A stretch of 64,000 bases of DNA from Agathobacter sp. (GTDB lineage: Bacteria > Bacillota > Clostridia > Lachnospirales > Lachnospiraceae): NCBI GenBank assembly GCA_017623935.1, contig JAGAOC010000001.1:6168-70167 (forward strand). Reading direction: 5' to 3'. The stretch's first letter is position 1; each line of letters opens with the position of its first letter. Below the pieces are notes generated by a model, which saw nothing but the letters and a program-made list of their open reading frames with translations, was not told the origin of the DNA and made no database searches. Positions 9,066 to 19,087 of the stretch are shown one piece after another. The position numbers and the translations under genes were made by a program.

Positions 9066-10124
9066 ATGGGGAAAACGATGAGATTTATTACGATTGGGGA
9101 AATCATGCTTCGTCTGACACCGCCGAATTATGATAAGATTCGGGTGGCAACCAGCTTTGAAGCAAGTTATGGAGGCAGCGAAGCCAACATTGCACTGGCT
9201 TTGGCAAATCTGGGAGTGGACAGCACCTTTTTTACGGTAGTGCCGAATAATAGTTTAGGAAAGAGTGCTGTGCGTATGCTTCGTAGTAATGATGTGCATT
9301 GCGGACCGGTTATTTTCAGTACACCGGAACAGACACCGTCCCACAGATTAGGAAGTTATTATTTGGAGACGGGGTATGGAATCCGTGCAAGTAAAGTGAC
9401 TTATGATAGAAAGCACAGTGCAATCTCAGAGTTTGATTTCAGTGGGGTAGATATTTCCGAGCTTTTAGAGGAATATGATTGGCTTCATCTAAGTGGGATC
9501 ACACCAGCTTTGGCGCCGAATTGCCGCAAGCTTATCATGGATTGTTTGAAGGTGGCAAAAGAGAAGGGGATCACAGTAAGTTTTGATGGGAATTTCCGAA
9601 GTACCCTGTGGACTTGGGAGGAAGCAAGAGATTTTTGTACGGAATGTCTTCCTTATATTGATGTGCTTTTGGGAATTGAGCCATATCATCTTTGGAAAGA
9701 TCCGGCTGATCACAGCCTTGGAGATGTAAAAGCCGATATTCCATTCCAGCCATCCTATGAACAGCAGGATGAAGTGTTCCGGGAATTTGTGAGACAGTAT
9801 CCGAACATTAAATGTATTGCCCGTCATGTGCGTTATGCATACAGCGGCAGTGAGAACAGTCTGAAAGCATATATGTGGTATGATAATCACACCTTTGAAA
9901 GCAAACTGTTTACTTTTAATATTTTGGATCGAGTAGGGGGCGGCGACGCTTTTGCCAGTGGACTGATCTATGCCATGATGCATGACTATAAGCCGATGGA
10001 TATGGTCAACTTTGCAGTTGCCAGCAGTGCGCTCAAGCATACGATCCATGGAGATGCAAACATCATAGATGATGTGCATACGATTAAGAATCTAATGAAC
10101 ATGAATTTTGATATTAAGCGATAA
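9066..10124 (+). CDS. kdgK: PfkB-family sugar kinase, 2-keto-3-deoxygluconate kinase type
   Basis: Motifs GEIMLRL, GGSEANIA, SGITPAL, FDGNFRSTLW and DRVGGGDAFASG; AAGGAG RBS. Confidence 0.8.
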   Translation: MGKTMRFITIGEIMLRLTPPNYDKIRVATSFEASYGGSEANIALALANLGVDSTFFTVVPNNSLGKSAVRMLRSNDVHCGPVIFSTPEQTPSHRLGSYYLETGYGIRASKVTYDRKHSAISEFDFSGVDISELLEEYDWLHLSGITPALAPNCRKLIMDCLKVAKEKGITVSFDGNFRSTLWTWEEARDFCTECLPYIDVLLGIEPYHLWKDPADHSLGDVKADIPFQPSYEQQDEVFREFVRQYPNIKCIARHVRYAYSGSENSLKAYMWYDNHTFESKLFTFNILDRVGGGDAFASGLIYAMMHDYKPMDMVNFAVASSALKHTIHGDANIIDDVHTIKNLMNMNFDIKR

Positions 10125-10126
10125 AA

Positions 10127-10160
10127 GTGGGGCGGGTCTTTTGACCCGCTCATCTTTTCT
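10127..10160 (+). terminator. Rho-independent terminator
   Basis: GTGGGGCGGGTC-tttt-GACCCGCTCAT followed by CTTTT. Confidence 0.75.
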
Positions 10161-10215
10161 TCTGGAAGGAAGTGTGCTAAAATTTTACATAATACATCAG
10201 GAAATGAGGTTCTAG

Positions 10216-11880
10216 ATGAGCACTATTACAAATATGAACGCAGTTCAATTACCGAATGATTTCGTGAAGAAGATGAAAAACCTACTTGGGGAAGAATGGG
10301 AGGCCTTTTGGGAGAGCTATGAAAATGACCGATATCAGGCTCTTCGATTCAATCCATTAAAAGAGGGGATTCAGGAAGAAGATTACGAGCAACTTCTTAG
10401 GACTCTTAATATAGAAGAAACGGAACCGGTCTTATGGACGGAAACCGGATTTTATTATGGACAGGAGGCACATCCGGGGAAGCACGCCTATCATGAAGCA
10501 GGTGTGTATTATATTCAGGAACCTAGTGCCATGGCGCCGGCAGCAATGCTTCCAGTGCAGCCTGGAATGAGAGTTCTTGATCTGTGCGCTGCCCCAGGAG
10601 GAAAATCTACTCAGATCGCAGGCAAACTGTTGCAGGAAGGCTTGCTTGTGTCTAATGAGATTCATCCTGCCCGTTGTAAGATATTATCTCAGAACATGGA
10701 GCGATTAGGTGTGAGAAACGTGATCGTGACCAACGAAGATAGCAAAACTTTGGCGGATCATTTCCCATGCTTTTTCCATGGGATCATGGTGGACGCACCT
10801 TGTTCCGGAGAGGGAATGTTTCGGAAGAATCCGGAAGCTATGCAGGAATGGAGCCTAGATCAGGTGGCAATCTGTGCCGATAGACAGTTAGAGATCTTAG
10901 GCAATGCAGCTAACATGCTGGTAAAAGGTGGTGTTATGGCATACTCAACCTGCACCTTTTCCCCGGAAGAAAACGAGCAGGTCATTGCAGCATTTTTAGA
11001 GGAACATCCGGATTTTTATATAGAAGAAATAAATGCGCCTTGGTTTTCACCAGGAAACAGTCAGTGGAGCAAGCCACAGCCTCTGGGCGGAGCCGAAGAA
11101 GGCAAGTCGCAAGCCATGGGCACTGGGGAATCTGACAAGCCGCAGACAGCAGAAGCTTCCGGCGAAATAGAAAAGACCTTCCGTCTCTGGCCTCATAAGC
11201 TCCATGGAGAAGGGCATTTCTTAGCAATCTTGCGAAAGAAGGGTACGTTGGAATTGGAGAATTCCCTTCAACAAGTTGGGGCAGAAGAAGCGAATCAGGC
11301 AAAAGTAGCGAGCCTGGCAAAAGAAGACTGCAGCAAAGGGAAAAAGGCGAAGAAAAACAAGAAGCCTGCTTTAGAAAAAGACCAACTGGCTCAGCTTCAG
11401 GAGTTTGCGGATACCGTTTTATCAGAAGAAATGGCACAGTGGATCCTGCAGGGAGAACTTACCATGTTTGGAGAGAATCTGTATCGGCTGCCAGCGGAAG
11501 CTCCTTCGCTTCGGGGAATCAAAGTTCTGCGTTCAGGATTGCAGGTTGGAACCTTTAAGAAGAATCGGTTTGAACCGGCGCATGCCCTTGCCATGACCTT
11601 AGGTACAAAGGATGTGAAGCTGGCGGTGTCAGTTTCTGAGGAAAAAGCCAATGCCTATCTAAGGGGAGAGTCCCTGATGGTTGAAGAGGGAGAAGTGGTC
11701 TCAGAAGAAGAAGGGGTCTCTCAGGGAAAAGAGTGCCAAAATGCAGGAAGATCAGGAAAAAATGCAGCCTCAAAAGGCTGGTGTCTGGTGTGCGTAGATG
11801 GATTTTCCATGGGATGGGGCAAGATGAACGGAGTTCAGATTAAAAATCACTATCCGAAAGGATTAAGACGCCCATATTAA
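10216..11880 (+). CDS. rsmF: RsmB/NOP2 (RsmF-type) rRNA m5C methyltransferase
   Basis: Motifs YYIQEPSAM, LDLCAAPGGKS, VDAPCSGEGMFRK, YSTCTF..EENE and the C-terminal KNHYPKGLR; carries low-complexity inserts. Confidence 0.88.
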   Translation: MSTITNMNAVQLPNDFVKKMKNLLGEEWEAFWESYENDRYQALRFNPLKEGIQEEDYEQLLRTLNIEETEPVLWTETGFYYGQEAHPGKHAYHEAGVYYIQEPSAMAPAAMLPVQPGMRVLDLCAAPGGKSTQIAGKLLQEGLLVSNEIHPARCKILSQNMERLGVRNVIVTNEDSKTLADHFPCFFHGIMVDAPCSGEGMFRKNPEAMQEWSLDQVAICADRQLEILGNAANMLVKGGVMAYSTCTFSPEENEQVIAAFLEEHPDFYIEEINAPWFSPGNSQWSKPQPLGGAEEGKSQAMGTGESDKPQTAEASGEIEKTFRLWPHKLHGEGHFLAILRKKGTLELENSLQQVGAEEANQAKVASLAKEDCSKGKKAKKNKKPALEKDQLAQLQEFADTVLSEEMAQWILQGELTMFGENLYRLPAEAPSLRGIKVLRSGLQVGTFKKNRFEPAHALAMTLGTKDVKLAVSVSEEKANAYLRGESLMVEEGEVVSEEEGVSQGKECQNAGRSGKNAASKGWCLVCVDGFSMGWGKMNGVQIKNHYPKGLRRPY

Positions 11881-12084
11881 AGTGTAGGTTCGGGGGAAAT
11901 TGGCAGGAGCTTTTATTTACTATCTGCTTTTTTACCCGAACCCCAATAGGCAAAATGCATAAAAAACACCCTCGCAATTCGTCGAAAATGGGGAAAATAG
12001 GAAGGCTTCCTTCCTTTTTTTATGGGGTTATGGTATCATAATAAGGTAAAAATTTCGAGAAATTTCGTAAGGGAGGAAACGAAA

Positions 12085-14769
12085 ATGGCAAAACGAGTAA
12101 AATCATTTTTACTTGCAGTGCTCATGATGGTTCTGTCTGTTTGTACCGCTTTTGGAGATCAGACTCTGGTAAAAGCGGACAACCCACTGACCATGAAAGT
12201 GCACTACAACAGGGAAGACGGAGCTTATGATGGCTGGACTGTCTGGCTCTGGGAAGAAGGCAAGGATGGAGCGGACTATTCCTTTGCTGATGAGAATGGC
12301 GAAATGGTAGCTACCATGGAGGTAACACCAGGAACCACTTCTGTTGGATTTATTGTAAAGACCGCAGACTGGGGCAAGGATATCGATGCAGATCAGTTTA
12401 TTGATATTGCAGAGATGGTATCCGGAACCGTACACATTTATATTGAATCCGGTGTAGAAGGATACACCAAAGAGTACGGTGATGACGCAGTAAGAGGCAC
12501 CAAGTTAAAATCCGCTGTTTACAACGGAGATGGAACAATTACAGTTTCTATGACAGGTGCTATCGCAGGAGATCTTTCTTCTGTATTTAAAGTAACCGGT
12601 AAAGCAGGAGCGGCAGAGATCTCTTCTGTAGAAGCTATGGAAAATGATCAGTACAAAGTAACTCTTGCAGAGGAACTGATCAATTCTAAGAGCTACAACA
12701 TCACATATGAAGGCACTGAATACGCTATCAATATGCCTATCATTTATTCTACTGAAGAATTCGAAGCAGAATATACATATGATGGCGATGATCTGGGTGC
12801 TACCTGGACAAAAGAGAAGACCTCTTTCCGTGTTTGGGCACCAACTGCTGAAAAAGTTATGCTGAACCTGTACAAAGCAGGCGATGCTTCCGTTTCAGAC
12901 CTGATCGAGCAGGTTGAAATGACAAAAGATGTAAAAGGAACCTGGGTTGCTGAAAAAGAAGGCGACTTAAACGGAACCTATTATACCTACACAGTAACGA
13001 TCGATGATCAGGATACAGAAGCTTGTGATCCATATGCAAGAACAACTGGTGTTAACGGAGATCGTGCCATGGTAATTGATCTGGATTCAACAGATCCAGA
13101 AGGCTGGGATAAGGATACAAATCCACACGCAGGCGAGAACATTACTGACGCGGTCATTTATGAGATTCATGTAAGAGATATCTCTGCATCTGAAGATTCA
13201 GGAATCACAAATAAAGGATTATTCTTAGGACTGACTGAAACAGGAACTAAGACAGAAGGTGGAGTTTCCACAGGTCTTGACCATTTGAAAGAATTAGGAA
13301 TCACACATTTACATATTCTTCCATTCTATGATTATGGTTCAGTTGATGAGACTGGAAAAACAGGAAATCCTTATAACTGGGGATATGATCCAAAGAACTA
13401 TAACGTACCAGAAGGATCTTACTCTTCTGATCCATACAACGGAGAAGTTCGTGTGGCAGAAGTAAAACAGATGGTACAGGCACTCCATGAAAATGGAATC
13501 AGCGTAGTTATGGACGTGGTTTATAACCATGTATACAATGCAGGAGATTTCTGCTTTAACAAGATCGTACCAGGATATTTTTCACGAATCAACGAAGATG
13601 GAAGCTATTCTAACGGTTCCGGCTGTGGAAATGACACTGCTTCCGAAAGAACTATGGTTCAGAAATATATCGTAGAATCTGTAAATTACTGGGTAGAAGA
13701 ATACCACATCGATGGATTCCGTTTCGACTTAGTAGGATTGATCGATACAGAAACTATCAACAAAGTAGTAGAAGAAGTACATAAGAATCATCCAGATGTT
13801 ATCTTCTACGGTGAAGGATGGACAATGGGCACAGATGTGACCAAAGAAGGTTACACCCTGTCTACTCAGCTGAACTCTACAAAAACACCAGAGTTCGCAT
13901 ATTTCAGCGATACCATCCGTGATGCATTAAAAGGTAACGTATTTAACAATACAGAAGCAGGATTTGTTTCCGGTATGCCAGGAAGAGAATCCCTCATCGA
14001 GCAGTGTTTCTTAGGAGCAGCAGATTGGTGCAAGAGCCCATCTCAGACTGTAAACTACGCTTCCTGCCACGATAACCTGACTTTATATGACAGATTACAG
14101 TCTTCCGCTCAGGAGGCAACTCAGGAAGAACTGATCCGCATGAATAACTTAGCAGCAGCTATCTATATGACTGCAGAAGGTATTCCATTTATGATGGGCG
14201 GAGAAGAAATGCTTCGTACTAAAGTAAAAGTTGATGGAACATTAGACAGCAACAGCTACATTTCCGGTGACGGAACAAATGCTTTGAAATGGTCTACTTT
14301 AGAGGATGAGCAGTATGCAGCAGTAAATGAATACTACAAAGGACTCATCGCTTTCCGTAAAGCACATGGAGCACTTCGTCTGACAACTGCAGAAGATGTT
14401 GCAAACACTGTGACTGTATTAGAAGGATTAGATGACAATGTAGTAGGATTTTCTGTAAAAGGCGGAATCAATGGCGAGACCGCAGAAGAGATCTACATCA
14501 TCTTCAATGCAAATGATGAAGAGACCACTGTTGAGATTCCAAAAGGAAATTGGACTGTATATGTAAATGCAGATAAAGCCGGAACAGAAGCTTTAGGCAC
14601 TGTAAAAGGTGGCAAAACAACAGTAGAAGGTATTTCTGCTCTGATCCTTGTAAAAGGAGGCGCTGCTTCTGGACTGAATTCCGGAGTAGTAGCAGGTATC
14701 ATTATTGTTGTTTTAGCAGCAGTTGTAGTATTAGTAGCAGTACTTCGTAAAAAAGTAACAAAAAAATAA
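12085..14769 (+). CDS. pulA: Membrane-anchored type I pullulanase (CBM41-like, CBM48, GH13)
   Basis: Signal peptide; HYNREDGAYDGWTVWLW module; FRVWAPTA, YNWGYDP, DVVYNH, DGFRFDL, YGEGW and CHDN motifs; C-terminal TM helix plus basic tail. Confidence 0.9.
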   Translation: MAKRVKSFLLAVLMMVLSVCTAFGDQTLVKADNPLTMKVHYNREDGAYDGWTVWLWEEGKDGADYSFADENGEMVATMEVTPGTTSVGFIVKTADWGKDIDADQFIDIAEMVSGTVHIYIESGVEGYTKEYGDDAVRGTKLKSAVYNGDGTITVSMTGAIAGDLSSVFKVTGKAGAAEISSVEAMENDQYKVTLAEELINSKSYNITYEGTEYAINMPIIYSTEEFEAEYTYDGDDLGATWTKEKTSFRVWAPTAEKVMLNLYKAGDASVSDLIEQVEMTKDVKGTWVAEKEGDLNGTYYTYTVTIDDQDTEACDPYARTTGVNGDRAMVIDLDSTDPEGWDKDTNPHAGENITDAVIYEIHVRDISASEDSGITNKGLFLGLTETGTKTEGGVSTGLDHLKELGITHLHILPFYDYGSVDETGKTGNPYNWGYDPKNYNVPEGSYSSDPYNGEVRVAEVKQMVQALHENGISVVMDVVYNHVYNAGDFCFNKIVPGYFSRINEDGSYSNGSGCGNDTASERTMVQKYIVESVNYWVEEYHIDGFRFDLVGLIDTETINKVVEEVHKNHPDVIFYGEGWTMGTDVTKEGYTLSTQLNSTKTPEFAYFSDTIRDALKGNVFNNTEAGFVSGMPGRESLIEQCFLGAADWCKSPSQTVNYASCHDNLTLYDRLQSSAQEATQEELIRMNNLAAAIYMTAEGIPFMMGGEEMLRTKVKVDGTLDSNSYISGDGTNALKWSTLEDEQYAAVNEYYKGLIAFRKAHGALRLTTAEDVANTVTVLEGLDDNVVGFSVKGGINGETAEEIYIIFNANDEETTVEIPKGNWTVYVNADKAGTEALGTVKGGKTTVEGISALILVKGGAASGLNSGVVAGIIIVVLAAVVVLVAVLRKKVTKK

Positions 14770-14827
14770 AATAAAAAACTGAATAATTTGCAAAATTTCC
14801 TAATGAGTGATAAGATATAAGAAGCAA

Positions 14828-14874
14828 TTTTTGCTTATCGGCAGAATCCACTGTGATTCTCCGGTAAGCAAAAA
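14828..14874. terminator. Long imperfect inverted repeat after pulA
   Basis: TTTTTGCTTATCGG-CAGAATC...GATTCT-CCGGTAAGCAAAAA. Confidence 0.5.
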
Positions 14875-14920
14875 GACTTCGTGTCAATGAGATAAGTTCG
14901 TAAGGAAAGAGGCAGTAAAA

Positions 14921-17161
14921 ATGGAAGTTATGAGAGTCGAAAAGGGCAGTGTAGTAGCTCGGAGACAAGATAAGGTAAATGAATGGTATCTTGTAAAAGA
15001 AGGTATGATTTCCCAGAAATTTGGATTTGCGGAAGTAAAGCTAGAGGCAAATTCCATGATAGGAATCTTAGATGGGGAATGGTTTATCTGTGATTATGTG
15101 GTGACGGAGGATTCCACGCTGATCGTAATTCCATGTGAGAATGCTTCTGATCTAAAAGATATCCTATCAGTAAATGAGACTTACCGAAGTGTATTTTTAC
15201 AGGCGGCTTTAAGACAAAGACATCGTATGTTATCTCTCTATGGAGATCTGCAGAAAAAATGCCGCCGCTTTCAAGTTGTGATTGGGGCGGCATTTGCTGA
15301 TTATAAGACCATCTGCAATCAGCTTTTAGTACAGGAGCAGTCTCTTGTGCGTTTGGAATATTTTGAGCCTTTAGAGATCCAGCATAAGGTGGATAGTTGG
15401 GAGATCAGCTATAGCAATGCCTTAGTGCAGAATTATATGAGAGACTATCTCTATTTAATGACCAGGGACACCGGTCTTTGTGTGGGCGCCATCATGGAAG
15501 CTTCCGCTCAGATGCACCGTGTAACCCAGGGAATCCGGGAGATGGTCAATTTCCTGCAATATAATAAGGATATCCTTTTCTCTGAATATGAGACGGATCT
15601 GTATCATTTGTTCTTCCAGCTGGCAAAGCAGGCAGCTCAGAAAAATATGGATCCTGCTTTGATCCAGGAAAACATGAAGTCTATGATCGAATTGATCCAG
15701 CAGTTGAATCTATATGATGAGAATCTGGTAAAACGCTGTGTGAATTCTTACAATAACTATGATTTTGAGAATGCTCATGTGGCAGAGGAGAGCGTTCTGG
15801 ATAAGGATTGTTTGATCCAGATCCTTTCTTACGGTGGTTATGAAGTGGAAGAGATCGAGAAGATCCGCCAGATGGTACAGGATTACAAGAATCTTCCGGA
15901 TCCGGCCTCTACAGATCATGCAGCATATCAGATCAGAAAGCAGTTGTCACCTATGTTTTACCGCACCTATTTTAAGGTGTTCTTAAAAGCGGTAGAAGAT
16001 AGGGAGAAACTTCCACCGGCAGTAGCCATGTTCTTAAATTTTGGATTTATGGATACAGAGATCTTAGGAGAAGATTATACCAATTCCCTGTATCATTTGA
16101 TCGATCATCTGGGATTGTTCCAGTCTGATCATACATATACCATTTTTGACTGGTTATCCTGTATCTACAGGGGCGAGAAAGAGCCATCCAAGAACGAATT
16201 TGACATGGATTACAACAGTTATCTGATGGATATGGTAAAGCGCGGCAAGATCACTCAGGATCAGATGCAGAGATTTAAGACCAACCGGGAGATGAAGGTA
16301 CAGTATGAGATCGAGAACCTGTTTACTTCCGGACATCGTCTGACTTATGGAAAACTGACCACCTTCTGCCCAATCTTATCTAAGTTAGACATGATCAATT
16401 CCTTAGAGAAGATGGCTCTTACCGTGGAGAAATTAGACAATGCGCTGAACAAAGTCCGTCAGGTGGATTATTCTGTACTTTATAGAGAAGTGGCTTTTTC
16501 TGATCCTGCAAGAGACATCAATCAGGAATGGATCATGAAAGAAGTCATTCCGGATATGATCCTTATGCCATGTGCAGGCTCCAGAGGTCAGATGTGGCAG
16601 GAGATCGCGGGAGCTAAGAAAGATACTCCGGCTAGATTCTTATTCCCAATGTTTACCATTTCGGATATTGATGAGTTAATGGTGGAGATGTTAGGAAGAT
16701 ACCGTTGGGAGATCTGCCGAAGGATCCAGGGTGTATACTGGAACGATATCCGAGAGAAATCCCTTACAGCAGAATACTGTGATTACCTGCAGTTCTATCG
16801 TAAGAATAGTGAGCTTTCTACAGAAGCGAAAGAGAAGCTAAAGACAGCCATAACCAGAGCGCGAAACAACTATCGTGAAGTCTTTACCAGAGACTATATG
16901 AACTGGATCCGTTATGAATCTAAGGGAAGTTTCCGTTTGAATAAAGTGGCTAGAGAGATTCTCGCACGGTACTGTCCATTTGATAAGAATACCAGACAGG
17001 AATTGTCTGCGAATCCAATGTATCAGAATGCGTTCGCGCGCTTAGAGAGAGAGAATGAGCGTAAAGAGCAGAGATGGGCAGCTCTTTATGAGAAATACAA
17101 GAAAGCGGGTGGAGAGATCACCCAGGAATTAAAAGACAATCTCATGTTCTATCAGAGATAA
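14921..17161 (+). CDS. Large hypothetical protein with a degenerate N-terminal cyclic-nucleotide-binding-like domain
   Basis: N-terminus KGSVVARRQDKVNEWYLVKEG...IGI...YVVTEDSTL follows the cNMP beta-barrel pattern; the rest is helical and unassigned. Confidence 0.6.
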   Translation: MEVMRVEKGSVVARRQDKVNEWYLVKEGMISQKFGFAEVKLEANSMIGILDGEWFICDYVVTEDSTLIVIPCENASDLKDILSVNETYRSVFLQAALRQRHRMLSLYGDLQKKCRRFQVVIGAAFADYKTICNQLLVQEQSLVRLEYFEPLEIQHKVDSWEISYSNALVQNYMRDYLYLMTRDTGLCVGAIMEASAQMHRVTQGIREMVNFLQYNKDILFSEYETDLYHLFFQLAKQAAQKNMDPALIQENMKSMIELIQQLNLYDENLVKRCVNSYNNYDFENAHVAEESVLDKDCLIQILSYGGYEVEEIEKIRQMVQDYKNLPDPASTDHAAYQIRKQLSPMFYRTYFKVFLKAVEDREKLPPAVAMFLNFGFMDTEILGEDYTNSLYHLIDHLGLFQSDHTYTIFDWLSCIYRGEKEPSKNEFDMDYNSYLMDMVKRGKITQDQMQRFKTNREMKVQYEIENLFTSGHRLTYGKLTTFCPILSKLDMINSLEKMALTVEKLDNALNKVRQVDYSVLYREVAFSDPARDINQEWIMKEVIPDMILMPCAGSRGQMWQEIAGAKKDTPARFLFPMFTISDIDELMVEMLGRYRWEICRRIQGVYWNDIREKSLTAEYCDYLQFYRKNSELSTEAKEKLKTAITRARNNYREVFTRDYMNWIRYESKGSFRLNKVAREILARYCPFDKNTRQELSANPMYQNAFARLERENERKEQRWAALYEKYKKAGGEITQELKDNLMFYQR

Positions 17162-17167
17162 AATACC

Positions 17168-17215
17168 CCTTGCAGACAGACCGGTGTTATGCCGGATTGG
17201 CTGCAAGGTTTTTTT
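17168..17215 (+). terminator. Rho-independent terminator
   Basis: CCTTGCAG...CCGG-loop-CCGG...CTGCAAGG followed by T7. Confidence 0.7.
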
Positions 17216-17252
17216 GTGCGCAACCCGCGAGACGCAATCTTTTTTGGAATCC

Positions 17253-17280
17253 TGTTAAAATATGAGGAAAGTCTCGTCTA
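17253..17280 (+). promoter_or_regulatory. Putative ECF-sigma autoregulatory promoter
   Basis: TGTTAA-16 nt-CGTCTA just upstream of the ECF gene; a CGTC -10 is typical of ECF promoters. Confidence 0.45.
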
Positions 17281-17308
17281 TATAAGTGAAAGGAGGAAAA
17301 CTTACCAT

Positions 17309-17911
17309 ATGGAAGATAGTAAAATCCTGGATTTATTCTGGCAGAGAAAAGAAAAAGCGATCGTTGAAATTGAAAAGAAATATGGAAAATACTGTGCTGC
17401 AGTTGCAGGAAATATCCTTTGGGATAAAGAAGATATTGGAGAATGTTTGAATGATACATGGTTTCGGGCATGGAATGGGATCCCACCGGAGAAACCGAGG
17501 AATCTGCGAATGTATCTGGCCAAGATCACTCGAAATCTGGCAATTGATAAATATCGGAACAATACTGCTCAAAAGAGAGGGGGGACTACCATCTCGGCAG
17601 TCTTGGATGAGCTAGAGGAATGTATCGCCAGTGTGGGAGATGTGGAACAGGAAATGAATGTTCAGCAATTAGGATATGTTATTAATTCTTTTTTGTTTAC
17701 CCTTCCTAAGCGAGACGCCCAGATCTTTATCCGCCGTTATTTTTATGTGGAAGATATTGCTGTGATCGCCAAAGGGTATGGGATACAGGAAAGTAATGTT
17801 CATATGATCCTGCACAGAACCAGAAAGAAATTAAAAGCAGTACTCATTAAGGAGGGATACTTATATGAAGAAAGAAGATCTATTAAAAGCAATGAGCGAA
17901 ATAGACAGTGA
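17309..17911 (+). CDS. ECF-family RNA polymerase sigma factor
   Basis: Motifs MEDSKILDLFWQR, ECLNDTW..AWN.IPP, LAKITRNLAID and IFIRRYFY...LHRTRKKLK; AAGGAGG RBS. Confidence 0.9.
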   Translation: MEDSKILDLFWQRKEKAIVEIEKKYGKYCAAVAGNILWDKEDIGECLNDTWFRAWNGIPPEKPRNLRMYLAKITRNLAIDKYRNNTAQKRGGTTISAVLDELEECIASVGDVEQEMNVQQLGYVINSFLFTLPKRDAQIFIRRYFYVEDIAVIAKGYGIQESNVHMILHRTRKKLKAVLIKEGYLYEERRSIKSNERNRQ

Positions 17912-18941
17912 ACTGATACGGTCAAGTGAATATAAGAAGCAGCCAAAAGGATGGATCAAATGGGCTGCCATGGCGGCAGGCCTTGCGTTAGTGTTGTTTG
18001 TGGTAACAAAGGTGGATATTTCCCCACAACAGTCAGGGGGGCAGTCGGCAGAAGTTAAGAGCAGCGAAACCGGTAGAAACAGTCAGAGCGGAGGAAATGG
18101 ACAGATTGGCGAAGCCAGTCAGACTGGTAAAATTAATGATGGAGCAAGCCAGGTTGCCAAGGTAGAGCAGGAGCAGGAAAATAAACAGAATACTGGCAAT
18201 GCACAGGAAGATGGAGCTTTGGCTGAGGTTGGCGATGCGTTTGTGGATATTGACGCGCTACTGGCATCCAAGGAGTCAAATGGGGTATTTCAGGAGTCGA
18301 GTCTTGCTATTTCAATGATGGAAATAAACGGATGTACAGCTGTATATGAATGTATTTTTGGGCTAACTCAGGATGAACTGAAAGAATGTCTTGGCACCCA
18401 GTTAGAGGGAACGAACTGGCATTACGTAAAAGGGCATAGAGGGATCCAGTATCTGATCGAGAAGAACGACAATGAATACCAGCTTTTGAAATTCCTGTAT
18501 TGTGAAAGCGAAAATTACTCATATAAAGATATTTTGGAAGATATGTATGGGGTAATGTCTTACAAAGACATTGCAAAGATCATCGTAGAACCATCTACCA
18601 TTAATAATACAGATGAAGGGAAAAAGCTACAGGAAAAGATCGGCACGAAAGAGATTACAGAAGAAAGCCAGATTCAGGCGTTTTATGAGATGTTGTCAAG
18701 TAGAGCCTGCTATGGGGCAGATAACTGGGATATGATAGAATTAGGGGGCGACACAGAATCAGGCATGGTAGATGCCGTGACGCAGGTGCGTTATCTTACC
18801 ATTGAGACGGTCAATAAAGAAGTGTTTGAGATCAAATATACTGCTCTTTCAGACATGTTCTATCAGTATATGGGAGTGGCATATGAACCTCTTTCAAAGG
18901 AGCAGGCAGCCACAATGGAAGATATGCTTGGAATCCAGTAA
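17865..18941 (+). CDS. Putative membrane-anchored anti-sigma factor
   Basis: Overlaps the ECF gene; N-terminal LLKAMSEIDSELI, TM helix WAAMAAGLALVL, low-complexity linker and extracellular domain. Confidence 0.75.
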   Translation: MKKEDLLKAMSEIDSELIRSSEYKKQPKGWIKWAAMAAGLALVLFVVTKVDISPQQSGGQSAEVKSSETGRNSQSGGNGQIGEASQTGKINDGASQVAKVEQEQENKQNTGNAQEDGALAEVGDAFVDIDALLASKESNGVFQESSLAISMMEINGCTAVYECIFGLTQDELKECLGTQLEGTNWHYVKGHRGIQYLIEKNDNEYQLLKFLYCESENYSYKDILEDMYGVMSYKDIAKIIVEPSTINNTDEGKKLQEKIGTKEITEESQIQAFYEMLSSRACYGADNWDMIELGGDTESGMVDAVTQVRYLTIETVNKEVFEIKYTALSDMFYQYMGVAYEPLSKEQAATMEDMLGIQ

Positions 18942-18983
18942 TTTTTTAATTCAGAATTTTTTTGAATTTGGAGAGTTTTCATT

Positions 18984-19012
18984 TTGACAGAATCCACTTA
19001 AGAGAGTATGAT
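18984..19012 (+). promoter_or_regulatory. Sigma-A promoter of MATE gene 2
   Basis: TTGACA-17 nt-TATGAT. Confidence 0.75.
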
Positions 19013-19087
19013 AAGAAATTACAGACATGCCCCGTTTCATATAGAGGCGGGGTATTTTACGATACTAATTTGAAAAGAGTGGATAAC

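Noticed and set aside
9489-10079. 196-aa antisense ORF within kdgK
   Set aside because: It fully overlaps a well-supported gene and has no motif or RBS.
12085-14769. Pullulanase (and the GH53 enzyme) as cargo for the cohesin scaffold
   Set aside because: Neither carries a dockerin motif, and each has its own C-terminal anchor.
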